Origin: Candidatus Latescibacterota bacterium
GTDB lineage: Bacteria > Latescibacterota > UBA2968 > UBA8231
Assembly (NCBI GenBank): GCA_964291625.2
Contig: OZ220090.1
Coordinates: 864,001 to 928,000 of the forward strand
Direction: 5' to 3'
Length of the DNA: 64,000 nucleotides
Below, piece after piece: positions 1 to 10,054 of this stretch. The translations under genes and the position numbers were made by a program. Numbering within the stretch: the first letter of the stretch is position 1; every line of letters starts with the position of its first letter. The notes under the pieces are model-generated. The model was not told where the DNA came from and did no database searches. It was given only the letters and a program-made list of their open reading frames with translations.

Positions 1-1
1 C

Positions 2-109
2 ATCCGCATCGGCGCCGACGCCCGGGGCACCCGCCTCTCGGGGAACTCCTTCGAGGGGCTGGTGGAGGACGTGGCCGGAGGCCCGGTGGAGCCCGACCCG
101 GGCGCCTGA
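2..109 (+). CDS. 3' end of a gene entering from the left edge, product unknown
   Basis: Open frame IRIGADARGTRLSGNSFEGLVEDV...GA ending TGA at 107-109, 3 nt before the next gene. Confidence 0.55.
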   Translation: MRIGADARGTRLSGNSFEGLVEDVAGGPVEPDPGA

Positions 110-112
110 CCG

Positions 113-1525
113 TTGGAGCGCTTCCTCCTCGTCGACTTCGGCACGACGAGCACCAAGTCGGCCCTCCTGCAGCTGGACAGTGGACGCTTCGAGCGCCTGC
201 GCCGGCACCCGGCCCTGGCCGCCGTCCCCGGGCCGGCCGGGCATCACGAGGTACCGCTGGCCGCCATCCGCGAGCGCTTTCGCGATCTGTGCGCCGAGGC
301 CTGGTCCGCTTCGGACGGCGGTTTCGAGGGCATCGTCCTGTGCAGCGAGATGCACGGCTTCGCCCTCCTGCACCCCCGGACCCGCGAGCCCCTCACCCGG
401 TACGTCTCCTGGCTCGACGGCCGCTCCCTGGAGAGGGTGGAAGGACACAGCTCCTTCGACCTGGTGGCCGCCCACCTCGGGGACGACTTCCGGCGCCTCA
501 CGGGCATGCGGCCTCGGCCCGGGTTCCCGCTGATCAACCTCGTCCACTGCGCGCGCACGATGGACCTCCCTCCCGAGGCGGAGATCGTCTCCCTGCCCGG
601 CTGGCTCTGCGGCGCCGGGGCGGGCGGTCCTCCGCCGGAGCACCCGACCATCCTGGCGGGGATGGCCCTCTACGACGTGTCCCGGCAGGAGATCGCACCG
701 GAGCTGCTGGAGACGGCGCGGGAGCTTGGCGCCGTGTCGCCGATCCCGGGCGAGCCCTGCTCCGAGGAGACCGTCGCCGGATACTGGACCGGCCCCCGGG
801 GTCCGGTGCCGATCTACGCCGGCGTGGGAGACCACCAGTGCTCGGTGCTCGGCGCCGGCGTGGTCGAGGGGAGGACGGCCTCCGTCAACCTCGGCACCGG
901 AAGCCAGGTCGCCGTGCCGGGGGCCCCGCGGGATCAGGCCTTCGAGCACCGTCCCTTCTTCGACGGCCTCGACCTGACCGCCGTCACCCACATCCCGGCG
1001 GGCCGGGCCCTCGCCGAGTTCGTCGGCTTCCTGGAGAAGGTTTCGGAGCGCTCGGCGCCCTCCGGCGGCGGCTCCGGACCGGACTGGTGGGCGGAGCTGG
1101 CCGCCCTCGGCGCCGGAGACGTGGAGGCCGCCACCCTGGAGGTGGACCTGGCCGTCTTCGAGGGGGCCCGGGGTTTCCGGTCGGGGGGCGGCATCGGCGG
1201 TCTGCTCGAGGGCGGCCTGACCCCGGAGAACTACCTCGCCTCCGTGCTGCGCGCCTTCGTGACCCAGTACGCCGAGGTCCTGGACCAGCTGGACCCCGGC
1301 CGGCGCCTGGAGGAGGTCGCCCTCGGCGGCGGCATCGCCCGCAACCTGCCCCACCTGGCGGAGCTGCTGTCGCGGGCCTCGGGGCGGACCGTGCGCGGGG
1401 CCTGCGCCCTCGACGAGTCCCTCCTGGGCCTGCGGGCCCTCGCCCTGCGCTGCGCCGGACGGGTCCCGACGGCGGCGGAGGCCTGGCGGCTCCACGGGCG
1501 CAACTGCGAGATCGTGGATGGGTGA
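113..1525 (+). CDS. FGGY-family carbohydrate kinase (sedoheptulokinase-like)
   Basis: N-terminal VDFGTTSTK, CSEMHG, SWLDGR, GDHQCS and VNLGTGSQ motifs; TTG start. Confidence 0.8.
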   Translation: MERFLLVDFGTTSTKSALLQLDSGRFERLRRHPALAAVPGPAGHHEVPLAAIRERFRDLCAEAWSASDGGFEGIVLCSEMHGFALLHPRTREPLTRYVSWLDGRSLERVEGHSSFDLVAAHLGDDFRRLTGMRPRPGFPLINLVHCARTMDLPPEAEIVSLPGWLCGAGAGGPPPEHPTILAGMALYDVSRQEIAPELLETARELGAVSPIPGEPCSEETVAGYWTGPRGPVPIYAGVGDHQCSVLGAGVVEGRTASVNLGTGSQVAVPGAPRDQAFEHRPFFDGLDLTAVTHIPAGRALAEFVGFLEKVSERSAPSGGGSGPDWWAELAALGAGDVEAATLEVDLAVFEGARGFRSGGGIGGLLEGGLTPENYLASVLRAFVTQYAEVLDQLDPGRRLEEVALGGGIARNLPHLAELLSRASGRTVRGACALDESLLGLRALALRCAGRVPTAAEAWRLHGRNCEIVDG

Positions 1526-1561
1526 AATGAGCACGAACCGCCGTGACGAGAGCAGGCGCCC

Positions 1562-1936
1562 ATGCCTCTGATCGAGGTGGAGGTCGTCGCCGACGACCAG
1601 CTGGGCCCGACCCTGGCCCCGAGGCTGGCCGAAGCGGCCGGCGGTGCGCTGGACGCACCCGCAGGACAGACATGGGTGCGCCTGCGCCGGTTGACGACCG
1701 CCTCCTACGCCGAGAGCGGCGGCGGGCCTCCCTCCGGCGTGCGGCCGGTCTTCGTCCAGGTCCTGCTGGCCCGGCTGCCCGACGAGGCGGCCCTGGCTCG
1801 ACAGGCGGCCGCCCTGAGCGCGGCGGTCGCCGAGGTCTGCGGCCGCCCCGCCGATCACGTGCACGTGGTGTTCTCGCCCGCGGGGACCGGCCGCGTCGCC
1901 TTCGGCGGACGGCTCCTGCGAGGGGATGGAGAGTAG
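1562..1936 (+). CDS. Tautomerase superfamily protein (4-oxalocrotonate tautomerase-like)
   Basis: Pro-1 start MPLIEVEV, two beta-alpha-beta units, C-terminal VHVVF...AFGG. Confidence 0.7.
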   Translation: MPLIEVEVVADDQLGPTLAPRLAEAAGGALDAPAGQTWVRLRRLTTASYAESGGGPPSGVRPVFVQVLLARLPDEAALARQAAALSAAVAEVCGRPADHVHVVFSPAGTGRVAFGGRLLRGDGE

Positions 1937-1951
1937 CGCTCGCTGGCGGGG

Positions 1952-2685
1952 CTAGGCTTCCGCCGAGCGCGCGAAGAGCCAGGCGCCTACGGCCATGTAG
2001 GCGAGACCCACGGCGCAGGTCACGGCCAGGGAGGCGATCAATTCGGCGTATCCGACGCCCAGGCCCGTGAGCGGGTCCCATCTCACGATCTCGGAAATCC
2101 CCGAGTCGGGCAGTACCAGGGCCTTGGCCCTGGAATGGAACCAGGTCCCGGACAGGACCACGGCGGCCGACGCCAGCCCCTTGAAGCGCGGCACCAGGAG
2201 CCGGACCACGGCGGCGACGCAGGCGAGGCTGGAGACGAACACCAGGAGTCCGAAGTAGAGGGCCGCCGCCGTCGCCCAGGCGACAACGGGGTCGATGGCC
2301 GGCATGGGGTCCATGTAGGTGGAGCCGAGGAGGAGCTCGTGGATCCCCGGCAGGGCCAGGCCGCCCGCCAGGAAGAGGGCCGCCCCCAGGCTGACGTGGG
2401 CGGCCACCTTGGCCAGCAGCGGCCAGGCGCGGCCCACGGGCAGCGACAGCAGCTGGTAGTGGGTGCCCATGCGCCACTCGCGGGTCACCGACTTGACGAG
2501 CAGGGCCGGCAGAATGAAGGCGCTCGCCCCGATGAGCAGCACCAGCCCCAGGAGCGCCAGCGCCATCGTGGCCGAGGGCCCCACGGCGGCCGCGTAGAGT
2601 CCGATCCCGGCGGTCGAGGCCAAGGCGAAGACGGCTACCAGCCGCAGCTCCTTCAACTCCTTCACATACAGCGCGGCCAGGGGGC

Positions 2686-2689
<4 letters not shown>
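1952..2689 (-). CDS. ABC-2-type transporter permease
   Basis: GTG start overlaps the ATPase stop (GTGA); LYVKELKE and EWRMGT..LLSLPV..LAK motifs; about 6 hydrophobic segments. Confidence 0.75.
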
Positions 2690-3375
<686 letters not shown>

Positions 3376-3489
3376 CCCGTCCCTCCTGCCATGGAGAGAG
3401 GAACGCCGCCGGGCCCGGAGGTTGTCAAGGCCCGGCCCCGTGCGCTTAGGTGAAGCAATCCACACGAACCCGCAGCGGAGGACGAACCG

Positions 3490-4713
3490 ATGAAGATCAC
3501 GGATATCGAGGTCATCCCCATCGCCATGCCCCTGGCCGCCCGCTACGGCGACGCCGCCGGCCGGGTGCGCATGGGGGGCATCGACGACCACGTGGTGGTC
3601 AAGGTCCACACCGACAACGGCCTGACCGGGTACGGCGACTACGAGGACGTGCCCCACATCGACGAGTCGGTGATCCAGTCCCTCATCGGGCGCAGCCCCT
3701 TCGACTTCATCAACAACGACCTCAACCTGGCCCTCGGCATGGCCCTCTACGACGTGATGGGAAAGTACCTGGAGGTGCCGGCCTACAAGCTGATCGGCCA
3801 GAAGCTGCGCGACGCCGTTCCCTGCGCCGCCTGGACGCGGCCGTGCCCGCCCGAGGTCTTCGCCGGCGAGGTCCGGCGCTCGGCCGAGCAGGGCTACCGG
3901 GTCTTCAAGATGCACTCCAACGCCCGCTATGACGTGATCGAGCAGACCCGGGCCGCCGCCGACGCGGTACCGGCAGGCTTCAAGCTGCACTGGGACTTCA
4001 ACCACAACCGCAGCCCGGGGGTGGTGCTGCCCATCCTCGCCGAGATGGAACGGGACCACTCCCACATCGTAGGCTTCGTCGAGGACCCCCTTCCCTGGCA
4101 GGACGTCGACGGCTGGGCGAGACTGCGCGCCAAGTCGAAGATCCCCCTGATCATGCACGTGCCCCAGCTCGGCGGCATCCAGGAGGTCATGGCCGGGGCC
4201 GCCGACATCTACATGACCGGCGGCGCCATCGGCCGCACCCTGCAGGACGGCTTCGCCTACGGCCGGGCCAACGTGCAGGTCCTGATCCAGCAGTCGGGTG
4301 GAGCCCTGATGAAGGCCCTCACCCTGCACCAGGCCGCGGTGCTGCCCACGGCCACGGCCCACGTCATCACCCTGGACGACCAGTACGAGCGCGACATCGC
4401 GGCACCGGTGGCCGTGGACGAGGGCTTCTCCCGCGTCCCCGAAGCGCCGGGCCTCGGCCTGGAGGTGGACGACGACGCCATCGCCGAGTTCGCCCGCGGC
4501 GAGCGCCTGCGGCGGGTGGAGTACATCGGCGTCCTGACCCTGCCCGGCGGCAGGCGGATGTTCACGAAGGGATCGCCGGGCGTGCAGCAGCTCACCGGCT
4601 TCGAGGAGGGCGCCCTGCCGGGGATCGGCTTCGAGTACTGGGAGGACGACGGCAGCGAGGAGTACCGCGAGGCCCGGGCCCGTCTCGACGCCGAGGAGAC
4701 CTACATGGTCTGA
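3490..4713 (+). CDS. Mandelate racemase/muconate lactonizing enzyme family protein (enolase superfamily)
   Basis: MKITDIE start, ALYDVMGK, FKMH, metal-ligand region DFN/EDP, PGLGLEVD; GGAGG RBS. Confidence 0.85.
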   Translation: MKITDIEVIPIAMPLAARYGDAAGRVRMGGIDDHVVVKVHTDNGLTGYGDYEDVPHIDESVIQSLIGRSPFDFINNDLNLALGMALYDVMGKYLEVPAYKLIGQKLRDAVPCAAWTRPCPPEVFAGEVRRSAEQGYRVFKMHSNARYDVIEQTRAAADAVPAGFKLHWDFNHNRSPGVVLPILAEMERDHSHIVGFVEDPLPWQDVDGWARLRAKSKIPLIMHVPQLGGIQEVMAGAADIYMTGGAIGRTLQDGFAYGRANVQVLIQQSGGALMKALTLHQAAVLPTATAHVITLDDQYERDIAAPVAVDEGFSRVPEAPGLGLEVDDDAIAEFARGERLRRVEYIGVLTLPGGRRMFTKGSPGVQQLTGFEEGALPGIGFEYWEDDGSEEYREARARLDAEETYMV

Positions 4714-4791
4714 GGAGGGGGCGGGTCGGTCAGCGGCGATGAGCCATGCCCGCACCCGCTCGACGCCCCCACATGGCCCGCCGCCCGAGAA

Positions 4792-4876
4792 GAGCGACCG
4801 TCAGCGGCGGCGGGCGGTGCCAACGGCCGCGACGGCCCCCGTGGTCCGAGCCCGAGCGACCGTCAGCGGCGGCGGG
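4792..4876. repeat. 23-bp exact direct repeat GAGCGACCGTCAGCGGCGGCGGG (4792-4814, 4854-4876)
   Basis: Read directly; the second copy contains the stop of the dehydrogenase; partial third copy near 4728. Confidence 0.8.
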
Positions 4877-5858
4877 TCAGCCAGGCCTTCACCCGCGGGT
4901 GGTGGAGGACCTCCGGCCGCAGCACGTCCTCCGGCTCGCGGCCGTGGATGACGTCGGTGACCTGCTCGAAGGTGCGCGTGTCCAGCCGCCGCACCGACTC
5001 GACGGTGATGCCGCCGTTGTGGTTGGTGCAGATGATCCGCGGGTGGTCCTTGTGCACGGCGCGGGTGTCGTTCACGGGATCGTCGACGACGTAGTAGGTC
5101 AGACAGCCCTCCTCCACGGCGCGCAGGGCGTTGTCGTCGCAGACGAGGTTGCCCCGCGACGGGTTGATCAGCGACGCGTGGGGGCGCATCGCCTTCAACT
5201 GCTCGTAGCGGACGATGGTGTCGTCCCCCGAGACGTGGAGGCTCACCGTGTCGCTCTCCTCGAAGAGGCGCATGGGATCGTCCACGGCCTCGGCGCCGAG
5301 GCGGGCGGCGACCTCGTCGATGTCGGGGCGCACGTCGTAGACCAGCAGACGGCCCGAGTCGCCCAGGAGGGGTCGGGCGCGCAGGGCCACCTCCTGGCCG
5401 ATGCGGCCGAAGCCATAGAGGCCGAGGGTGGAGCCCCGGGCCTCGTATGTGGGGATGATGGTGAAGTCGCCGGCGTGGGACATGCGGTTGAGGGTCCAGG
5501 TCCGCTTCAGGGTCGCCATCCACTGGGCGATGGTGTACTCGGCGACGGTGTCCATGTGCACGGGGGTGATCGTCACCGGCACGCCGAGCTCGGTGGCCAC
5601 GTCGATCTGGACCTTGTCGTAGCCGACCCCCCAGCGGGCGATGAGGCGCAGGTCGGTGCCGCGCTCGTAGAACTCGCGGTGCACGAGGTTGGAGTTGGCG
5701 ATGACGGCGACGACGCCGCCGGCCATGTCGCCGGTGAGCTCGGAGTCGTATTCGACGAGTTCGGCGATCTCCCCCAGCTTCGCCAGGCCGGCGCGCCTGT
5801 GGTCGGAGGCGAAGGCCTCGTTGCGGAAGATCGTCGCCAGCAGGACCCTCGGTTTCAT
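4863..5858 (-). CDS. D-isomer-specific 2-hydroxyacid dehydrogenase
   Basis: RWGVGYD, Rossmann GFGRIG, INPSRG, catalytic His in TNHNGG; start MKPRVLL after GAGAGG. Confidence 0.88.
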   Translation of the reverse strand: MKPRVLLATIFRNEAFASDHRRAGLAKLGEIAELVEYDSELTGDMAGGVVAVIANSNLVHREFYERGTDLRLIARWGVGYDKVQIDVATELGVPVTITPVHMDTVAEYTIAQWMATLKRTWTLNRMSHAGDFTIIPTYEARGSTLGLYGFGRIGQEVALRARPLLGDSGRLLVYDVRPDIDEVAARLGAEAVDDPMRLFEESDTVSLHVSGDDTIVRYEQLKAMRPHASLINPSRGNLVCDDNALRAVEEGCLTYYVVDDPVNDTRAVHKDHPRIICTNHNGGITVESVRRLDTRTFEQVTDVIHGREPEDVLRPEVLHHPRVKAWLTRRR

Positions 5859-5945
5859 GGCCTCTCCTTTCGCGTCGATAGTATAGGCCGCCCTCCCGCG
5901 GGCGGCTTGTGAGTCCCAGCCGGGCTTCGCACCTTTGCCGAGGTC

Positions 5946-7103
5946 ATGACCCCCTACCACCTCCTGCGCCCGCTCCTCTTCCGCTTCGACGCCGAGAGGG
6001 CCCACGGAGCGGCCCTGGCCGCGGCTTCCGCCGTCGGCGCCGTCGCCCTCGGACGGGCCGCGCTGCGGTCGATCCACGGCTTCGAGGACGAGAGGCTGAC
6101 CACCGAGGTCGCCGGCCTGCGGTTCCCCAATCCCCTGGGCCTGGCGGCCGGCTTCGACAAGAACGGCCGCGCCGTGCGGGCCCTCGCCTGCCTGGGGCTG
6201 GGCCACGTGGAGATCGGCTCGGTCTCGGCCCGTCCGTCGCGGGGCAACCCCCGCCCGCGGCTGTTCCGCCTGCCCGCCGACGAGGCGATCGTCGTCAACT
6301 ACGGCGTTCCCAACGACGGCGCCGACGCCGTCTGCCGCCGCGTCGCCGACCGGCCGATCCCGGTGCCCCTCGGGGTGAACCTCGTGGAGACCAACAGCGG
6401 CCGGCCGGCCGCGGCCGACGAGGTGATCGCCGAGCTCGTCGAGGCCGCCCGCGCCTTCGCCGGGCCCGCCGACTACCTCACCCTCAACCTCAACTGTCCG
6501 AACACGACCGCCGGCGCCAGCCCCTTCGACGACCCCGCGGCCGTGGCCGCCCTGCTGGCGGAGCTGGCCGCCGTCGACGGTCTGCCTCCGGTCTTCCTGA
6601 AGGTCACGGCGCGGACCGATCCGCCCTTCATCGAGTCCCTCCTCGAGGCCGTCGACCCCTTCCCGCTGGTGGCCGGCTTCGTCTTCAACCTGCCGCCGGG
6701 CAAGGACTACTCCCTGCGCACGCCCGCGGCCGTGGTCGACCCCCTTCCCGGCACCCTGTGCGGACCACCGGCCCGGGGGCTCCTCGACGACGCGGTCCGG
6801 GCCTGGTACGGCCGCATCGACCGCCGCCGGCACCGCATCATCGGATCGGGGGGCATCGCCTCGGCCGAGGACGCCTGGCGCAAGATCCGCCTCGGGGCGT
6901 CGCTGCTGCAGCTCTACACGGGCCTCGTCTACCACGGCCCCGGCCTGGTGCGGCGCATCAACCGCGGCCTGGTGCGCCTGCTGGAGGCCGACGGCCTGAC
7001 CCATGTGAGCGAAGCCGTGGGGCTGGACAGCGCCTCCGCCCGCGGACCCCGGCCCTCCGGAGAGCCGGGGTCCGCGCGCCCCCTCGCTCCGGCCCGTCCA
7101 TGA
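5946..7103 (+). CDS. pyrD: Dihydroorotate dehydrogenase, quinone-dependent (class 2)-like
   Basis: RPLLFRFDAERAH, NPLGLAAGFDKNG, GNPRPRLFRL, GASLLQLYTGLVYHGP; divergent loop NLNCPN. Confidence 0.8.
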   Translation: MTPYHLLRPLLFRFDAERAHGAALAAASAVGAVALGRAALRSIHGFEDERLTTEVAGLRFPNPLGLAAGFDKNGRAVRALACLGLGHVEIGSVSARPSRGNPRPRLFRLPADEAIVVNYGVPNDGADAVCRRVADRPIPVPLGVNLVETNSGRPAAADEVIAELVEAARAFAGPADYLTLNLNCPNTTAGASPFDDPAAVAALLAELAAVDGLPPVFLKVTARTDPPFIESLLEAVDPFPLVAGFVFNLPPGKDYSLRTPAAVVDPLPGTLCGPPARGLLDDAVRAWYGRIDRRRHRIIGSGGIASAEDAWRKIRLGASLLQLYTGLVYHGPGLVRRINRGLVRLLEADGLTHVSEAVGLDSASARGPRPSGEPGSARPLAPARP

Positions 7104-7380
7104 CGCCCACGGACCCGCCCTGGGGCCCGAAGCCGCTCGCGATCTGGCCGGCGGCCGGGTTGCGACCTCGGCAGAAGGATGGTCCGTGCAGCGTCGCCCC
7201 GGACCGCCGATGACCCCCGCCCGACCCGCCCTGTGCCTCGAGGCCGCGCCGGACCTGGCCAGCGGCCGGGCTGCGACCTCGGCAGAAGGGCGGTCCCCAT
7301 CACGCCTCGCCCCGGCCCGCCGGTGACCGCCCCCCTCCCCGCCCTGCGGCTCGAGGCCGCTCCCGACCTGGCCGGCCGCG
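7100..7380 (+). repeat. Three degenerate tandem copies (about 110-bp period) of the pyrD-end/PhyH-start junction
   Basis: Units start at 7100, 7210 and 7323; all share cccgccctg...gaggccgc...ctggcc; copies 1 and 2 share gcgacctcggcagaagg. Confidence 0.75.
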
Positions 7381-8132
7381 AGCGCGCCGTCCGCGAGCAG
7401 GGGTTCGCCTACCTGCCGGGCCTGCTCGACGCCGGCCGGATCGCCGCCCTGCGCGAGGCCATGGACCGCGCCGAGCCGCTGACGGAGAGCTTCGACCGCC
7501 TCGAGGAGCCGCCAGGGCACCCCTTCTACCACAAGGTCATCAACAACGCCTTCAACCGGGACCTCCTCTTCCTCTCCTACCTCGACTTCCCGGAGGTGAT
7601 CGAGCTGGCCGAGGCCCTCCACGGGGACGACTGCCACGTCATCGGCATGACCGCCTGGCTCACCGGTCCGGGGCGCCCGGACCAGGGCCTGCACGCCGAC
7701 TGGCAGCCCCTGACCCTGCCCGAGGACGTCATGGACGATCCCCGCGTCGAGATCCCCGTCTTCATCACCACCGCCCACTTCTACCTCGACGACCTGACCG
7801 AGGAGCTGGGGCCGACGGTCTTCGTGCCGGGCAGCCACCGCGCCGGACGGCCCCCCGACGGCGATCGGGCCTGGCGCGGGGTGGGTGAGCACAGTCTCCT
7901 GTGCGGCGCCGGCGACGTGGTCGTCTTCCGCTCCGAGGTCTGGCACCGGGGCACGGCCAACCGCGGCGACCGCGTCCGCTACCTGCTGCAGGTGCACTAC
8001 GCCCGGCGCATGATCACCCAGAAGTACCCGCCCTACCTGAACCGCTTCCGCTTCGACCCGGCCATCCTCGAGCAGGCGACGCCGCGCCAGCGCCGGCTGA
8101 TGGGCGACCACCGGCCGAGCAACTACGACTGA
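7323..8132 (+). CDS. Phytanoyl-CoA dioxygenase (PhyH)-family Fe(II)/2OG oxygenase
   Basis: HxD (LHADW), GPTVFVPGSH, WHRGTAN and R; GTG start inferred. Confidence 0.85.
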   Translation: MTAPLPALRLEAAPDLAGRERAVREQGFAYLPGLLDAGRIAALREAMDRAEPLTESFDRLEEPPGHPFYHKVINNAFNRDLLFLSYLDFPEVIELAEALHGDDCHVIGMTAWLTGPGRPDQGLHADWQPLTLPEDVMDDPRVEIPVFITTAHFYLDDLTEELGPTVFVPGSHRAGRPPDGDRAWRGVGEHSLLCGAGDVVVFRSEVWHRGTANRGDRVRYLLQVHYARRMITQKYPPYLNRFRFDPAILEQATPRQRRLMGDHRPSNYD

Positions 8133-8147
8133 ATCGACGGAGCTCTC

Positions 8148-8798
8148 ATGCACTCCTCCACCCTCCGCGGCACCGACTTCGCCCTGACCCTCGAGGGGGT
8201 CCCCGTCTCCCACGCCGAGTTCTTCGAGGGTTTCGCGCGCACCCGGCGCCTCGGGGTGGTCTGCCCCTCCCCCCTCGACGGCCTCGGCGCGGCGGCCCTG
8301 GTCATGGCCCACGTGACCGCCTTCTACGACGACTACCGCGCCGCGGGCGGTGAGTTCTTCGCCTACCCCGACTTCTTCACCCTCCAGCGCGCCCCCGCGA
8401 CCGCCAACTACTCCATGCTCGACATCTGGCCGAACCACAAGAACGTCTCCATCGGGCCGGCGCCGGGCGACTGCGTCGACGCCGTGACCGACCGTGCCGT
8501 CGACGTCCTGCTGGTGCCCGAGGGCGGGACCCGCGAGCACGAGCTGCAGCCGCAGCAGGACGCCGCCCTGCGACGGCTGGTGCGCGACTGCTACCTCTAC
8601 GGCCCGGGCGGTACCGTCGACGACCCGGACCTGACCGTCTCCTGTCCGCGGGACCCGGTGGCCGGGTGGATGGAGAGCGTCCGCTCCAGCCTCGACGGCG
8701 GCAACGGCGCCGGCGAGCCGGCCGAAGGGAACGGGTCCGGCGCCATCACCCAGTCCTTCCGCCGGCTTTCCCTCGACGGGGCCCTCCCCCATATCTGA
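8148..8798 (+). CDS. Hypothetical protein
   Basis: Typical codon bias, GGAG RBS, protein-like composition; no family recognised. Confidence 0.7.
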   Translation: MHSSTLRGTDFALTLEGVPVSHAEFFEGFARTRRLGVVCPSPLDGLGAAALVMAHVTAFYDDYRAAGGEFFAYPDFFTLQRAPATANYSMLDIWPNHKNVSIGPAPGDCVDAVTDRAVDVLLVPEGGTREHELQPQQDAALRRLVRDCYLYGPGGTVDDPDLTVSCPRDPVAGWMESVRSSLDGGNGAGEPAEGNGSGAITQSFRRLSLDGALPHI

Positions 8799-8867
8799 AG
8801 CGGTGGCGGCGACGGCGCCCGGCTGACTCCGGCGTCTTGCCTCGGTATCGGCCGGTACCCTATCTCG

Positions 8868-10019
8868 GTGGGCATGCCCATGCCTGCCAGGGACCTCTGG
8901 GCCCGCATCCAGAAGCAGCTCCAGGGCCGCGCCGAGGACGAGCAGCTCCGGCTGCTGCAGTCCCATCTGGATGAGCTCCACGACGAGTGGAAGGGGCCCT
9001 ACAAGGAGCTGCGCGACCGCCTCCGCCGGCGGGTGGCCCGGCTGCAGGGCCACGCCAGCGTCCGCTCCCGCGCCGGGCACGAGGACCCCTTCCACGTCAA
9101 GGGCCAGGGCGATGCGCAGATCGCCGTCTGCGGGTCTCCGAACACGGGCAAGTCGACCCTCGTCCAGGCCTGGACGGGTGCGGCCACGGTCGTGGCCGGT
9201 TACCCCTTCGCCACCCAGCATCCGGTCCCCGGGATGCTGGCCTGCCCCGGGGGTGCCCTGCAGCTTGTGGACACGCCCCCCGTGGTGCCGGGTCTGGCCC
9301 TGGGCGAGGGCGCCGGCCGGCCCCTCCTGCACCTGTTGTCACGGATGGACGCCCTCGCCCTGGTCATCGACCTGACAGGATCCGTCGAGGCCCAGGTGGA
9401 GATCCTGCTCTCCCAGCTGGCCGAGGTGGGGGTGCGCCCCGTGCCGGGGCCGGTGACAACCCTCTATCGCGCCAAGGAAAAGGAAGGGGTGAGGTTCCTC
9501 GGCGTCGGTCTGTCCCGGCCCGAGGAGGCGGCCGCGCGCCGGATCCTGCGGCAGGCCGGACGGGACCATGCCGAGGTCACCCTGCGCGGCGCCTTCGCCG
9601 AGGACGAGCTGGCGGCCCAGGCCGCGGGCGAGAGCCTGACCCCGGCGGTGCTGCTGGGGACGCGGGCCCGGGAGACGGGAGCCGAGCGCGCCCGCGCCCG
9701 CCTCCGGGAGCTGCCGCCCGGGTTCCGCGTGGTCCCCGTCGGCCCGGACCCGGCCGCGGCGCGGACGGCGGCGGCAGAAGCCCTGCAGGCCGCTCTCGGC
9801 CTGGTGACCGTGTCGCTGCTGGACCGCCCCAAGCCGGAGGCCGACGCCGAGGAGCTGCTCGTGCCCCTGGCCAGCGAGGTCGGGGCCATCGCCCGTCGAC
9901 GCCATGCCCGCCCGCCGAAGGAGGCCCGTCTCTGGGGCCGCTCCGCCGACCGGCCGGGCCAGGTGGTCAGACTCAGCCACCTGGTCCAGGCGGGGGACCG
10001 CATCTACCTCCGCCCTTGA
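8868..10019 (+). CDS. DRG/OBG-family GTP-binding protein with C-terminal TGS domain
   Basis: G1 GSPNTGKST, G2 YPFAT, QLVDTPP, C-terminal ARLWGRS...GQVV...H...GD; start may be ATG 8874 or 8880. Confidence 0.75.
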   Translation: MGMPMPARDLWARIQKQLQGRAEDEQLRLLQSHLDELHDEWKGPYKELRDRLRRRVARLQGHASVRSRAGHEDPFHVKGQGDAQIAVCGSPNTGKSTLVQAWTGAATVVAGYPFATQHPVPGMLACPGGALQLVDTPPVVPGLALGEGAGRPLLHLLSRMDALALVIDLTGSVEAQVEILLSQLAEVGVRPVPGPVTTLYRAKEKEGVRFLGVGLSRPEEAAARRILRQAGRDHAEVTLRGAFAEDELAAQAAGESLTPAVLLGTRARETGAERARARLRELPPGFRVVPVGPDPAAARTAAAEALQAALGLVTVSLLDRPKPEADAEELLVPLASEVGAIARRRHARPPKEARLWGRSADRPGQVVRLSHLVQAGDRIYLRP

Positions 10020-10054
10020 CGGCGTTGCCCACGGCCGGGGCCGCCGCTATCCTG

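Noticed and set aside
4863-9332. 1489-aa minus-strand ORF and similar giant ORFs (8987-12580, 10579-14394, 44419-47571, 16200-19403)
   Set aside because: N-terminal parts are stop-free shadow frames of GC-rich genes; only the distal portions have family motifs, so starts were trimmed
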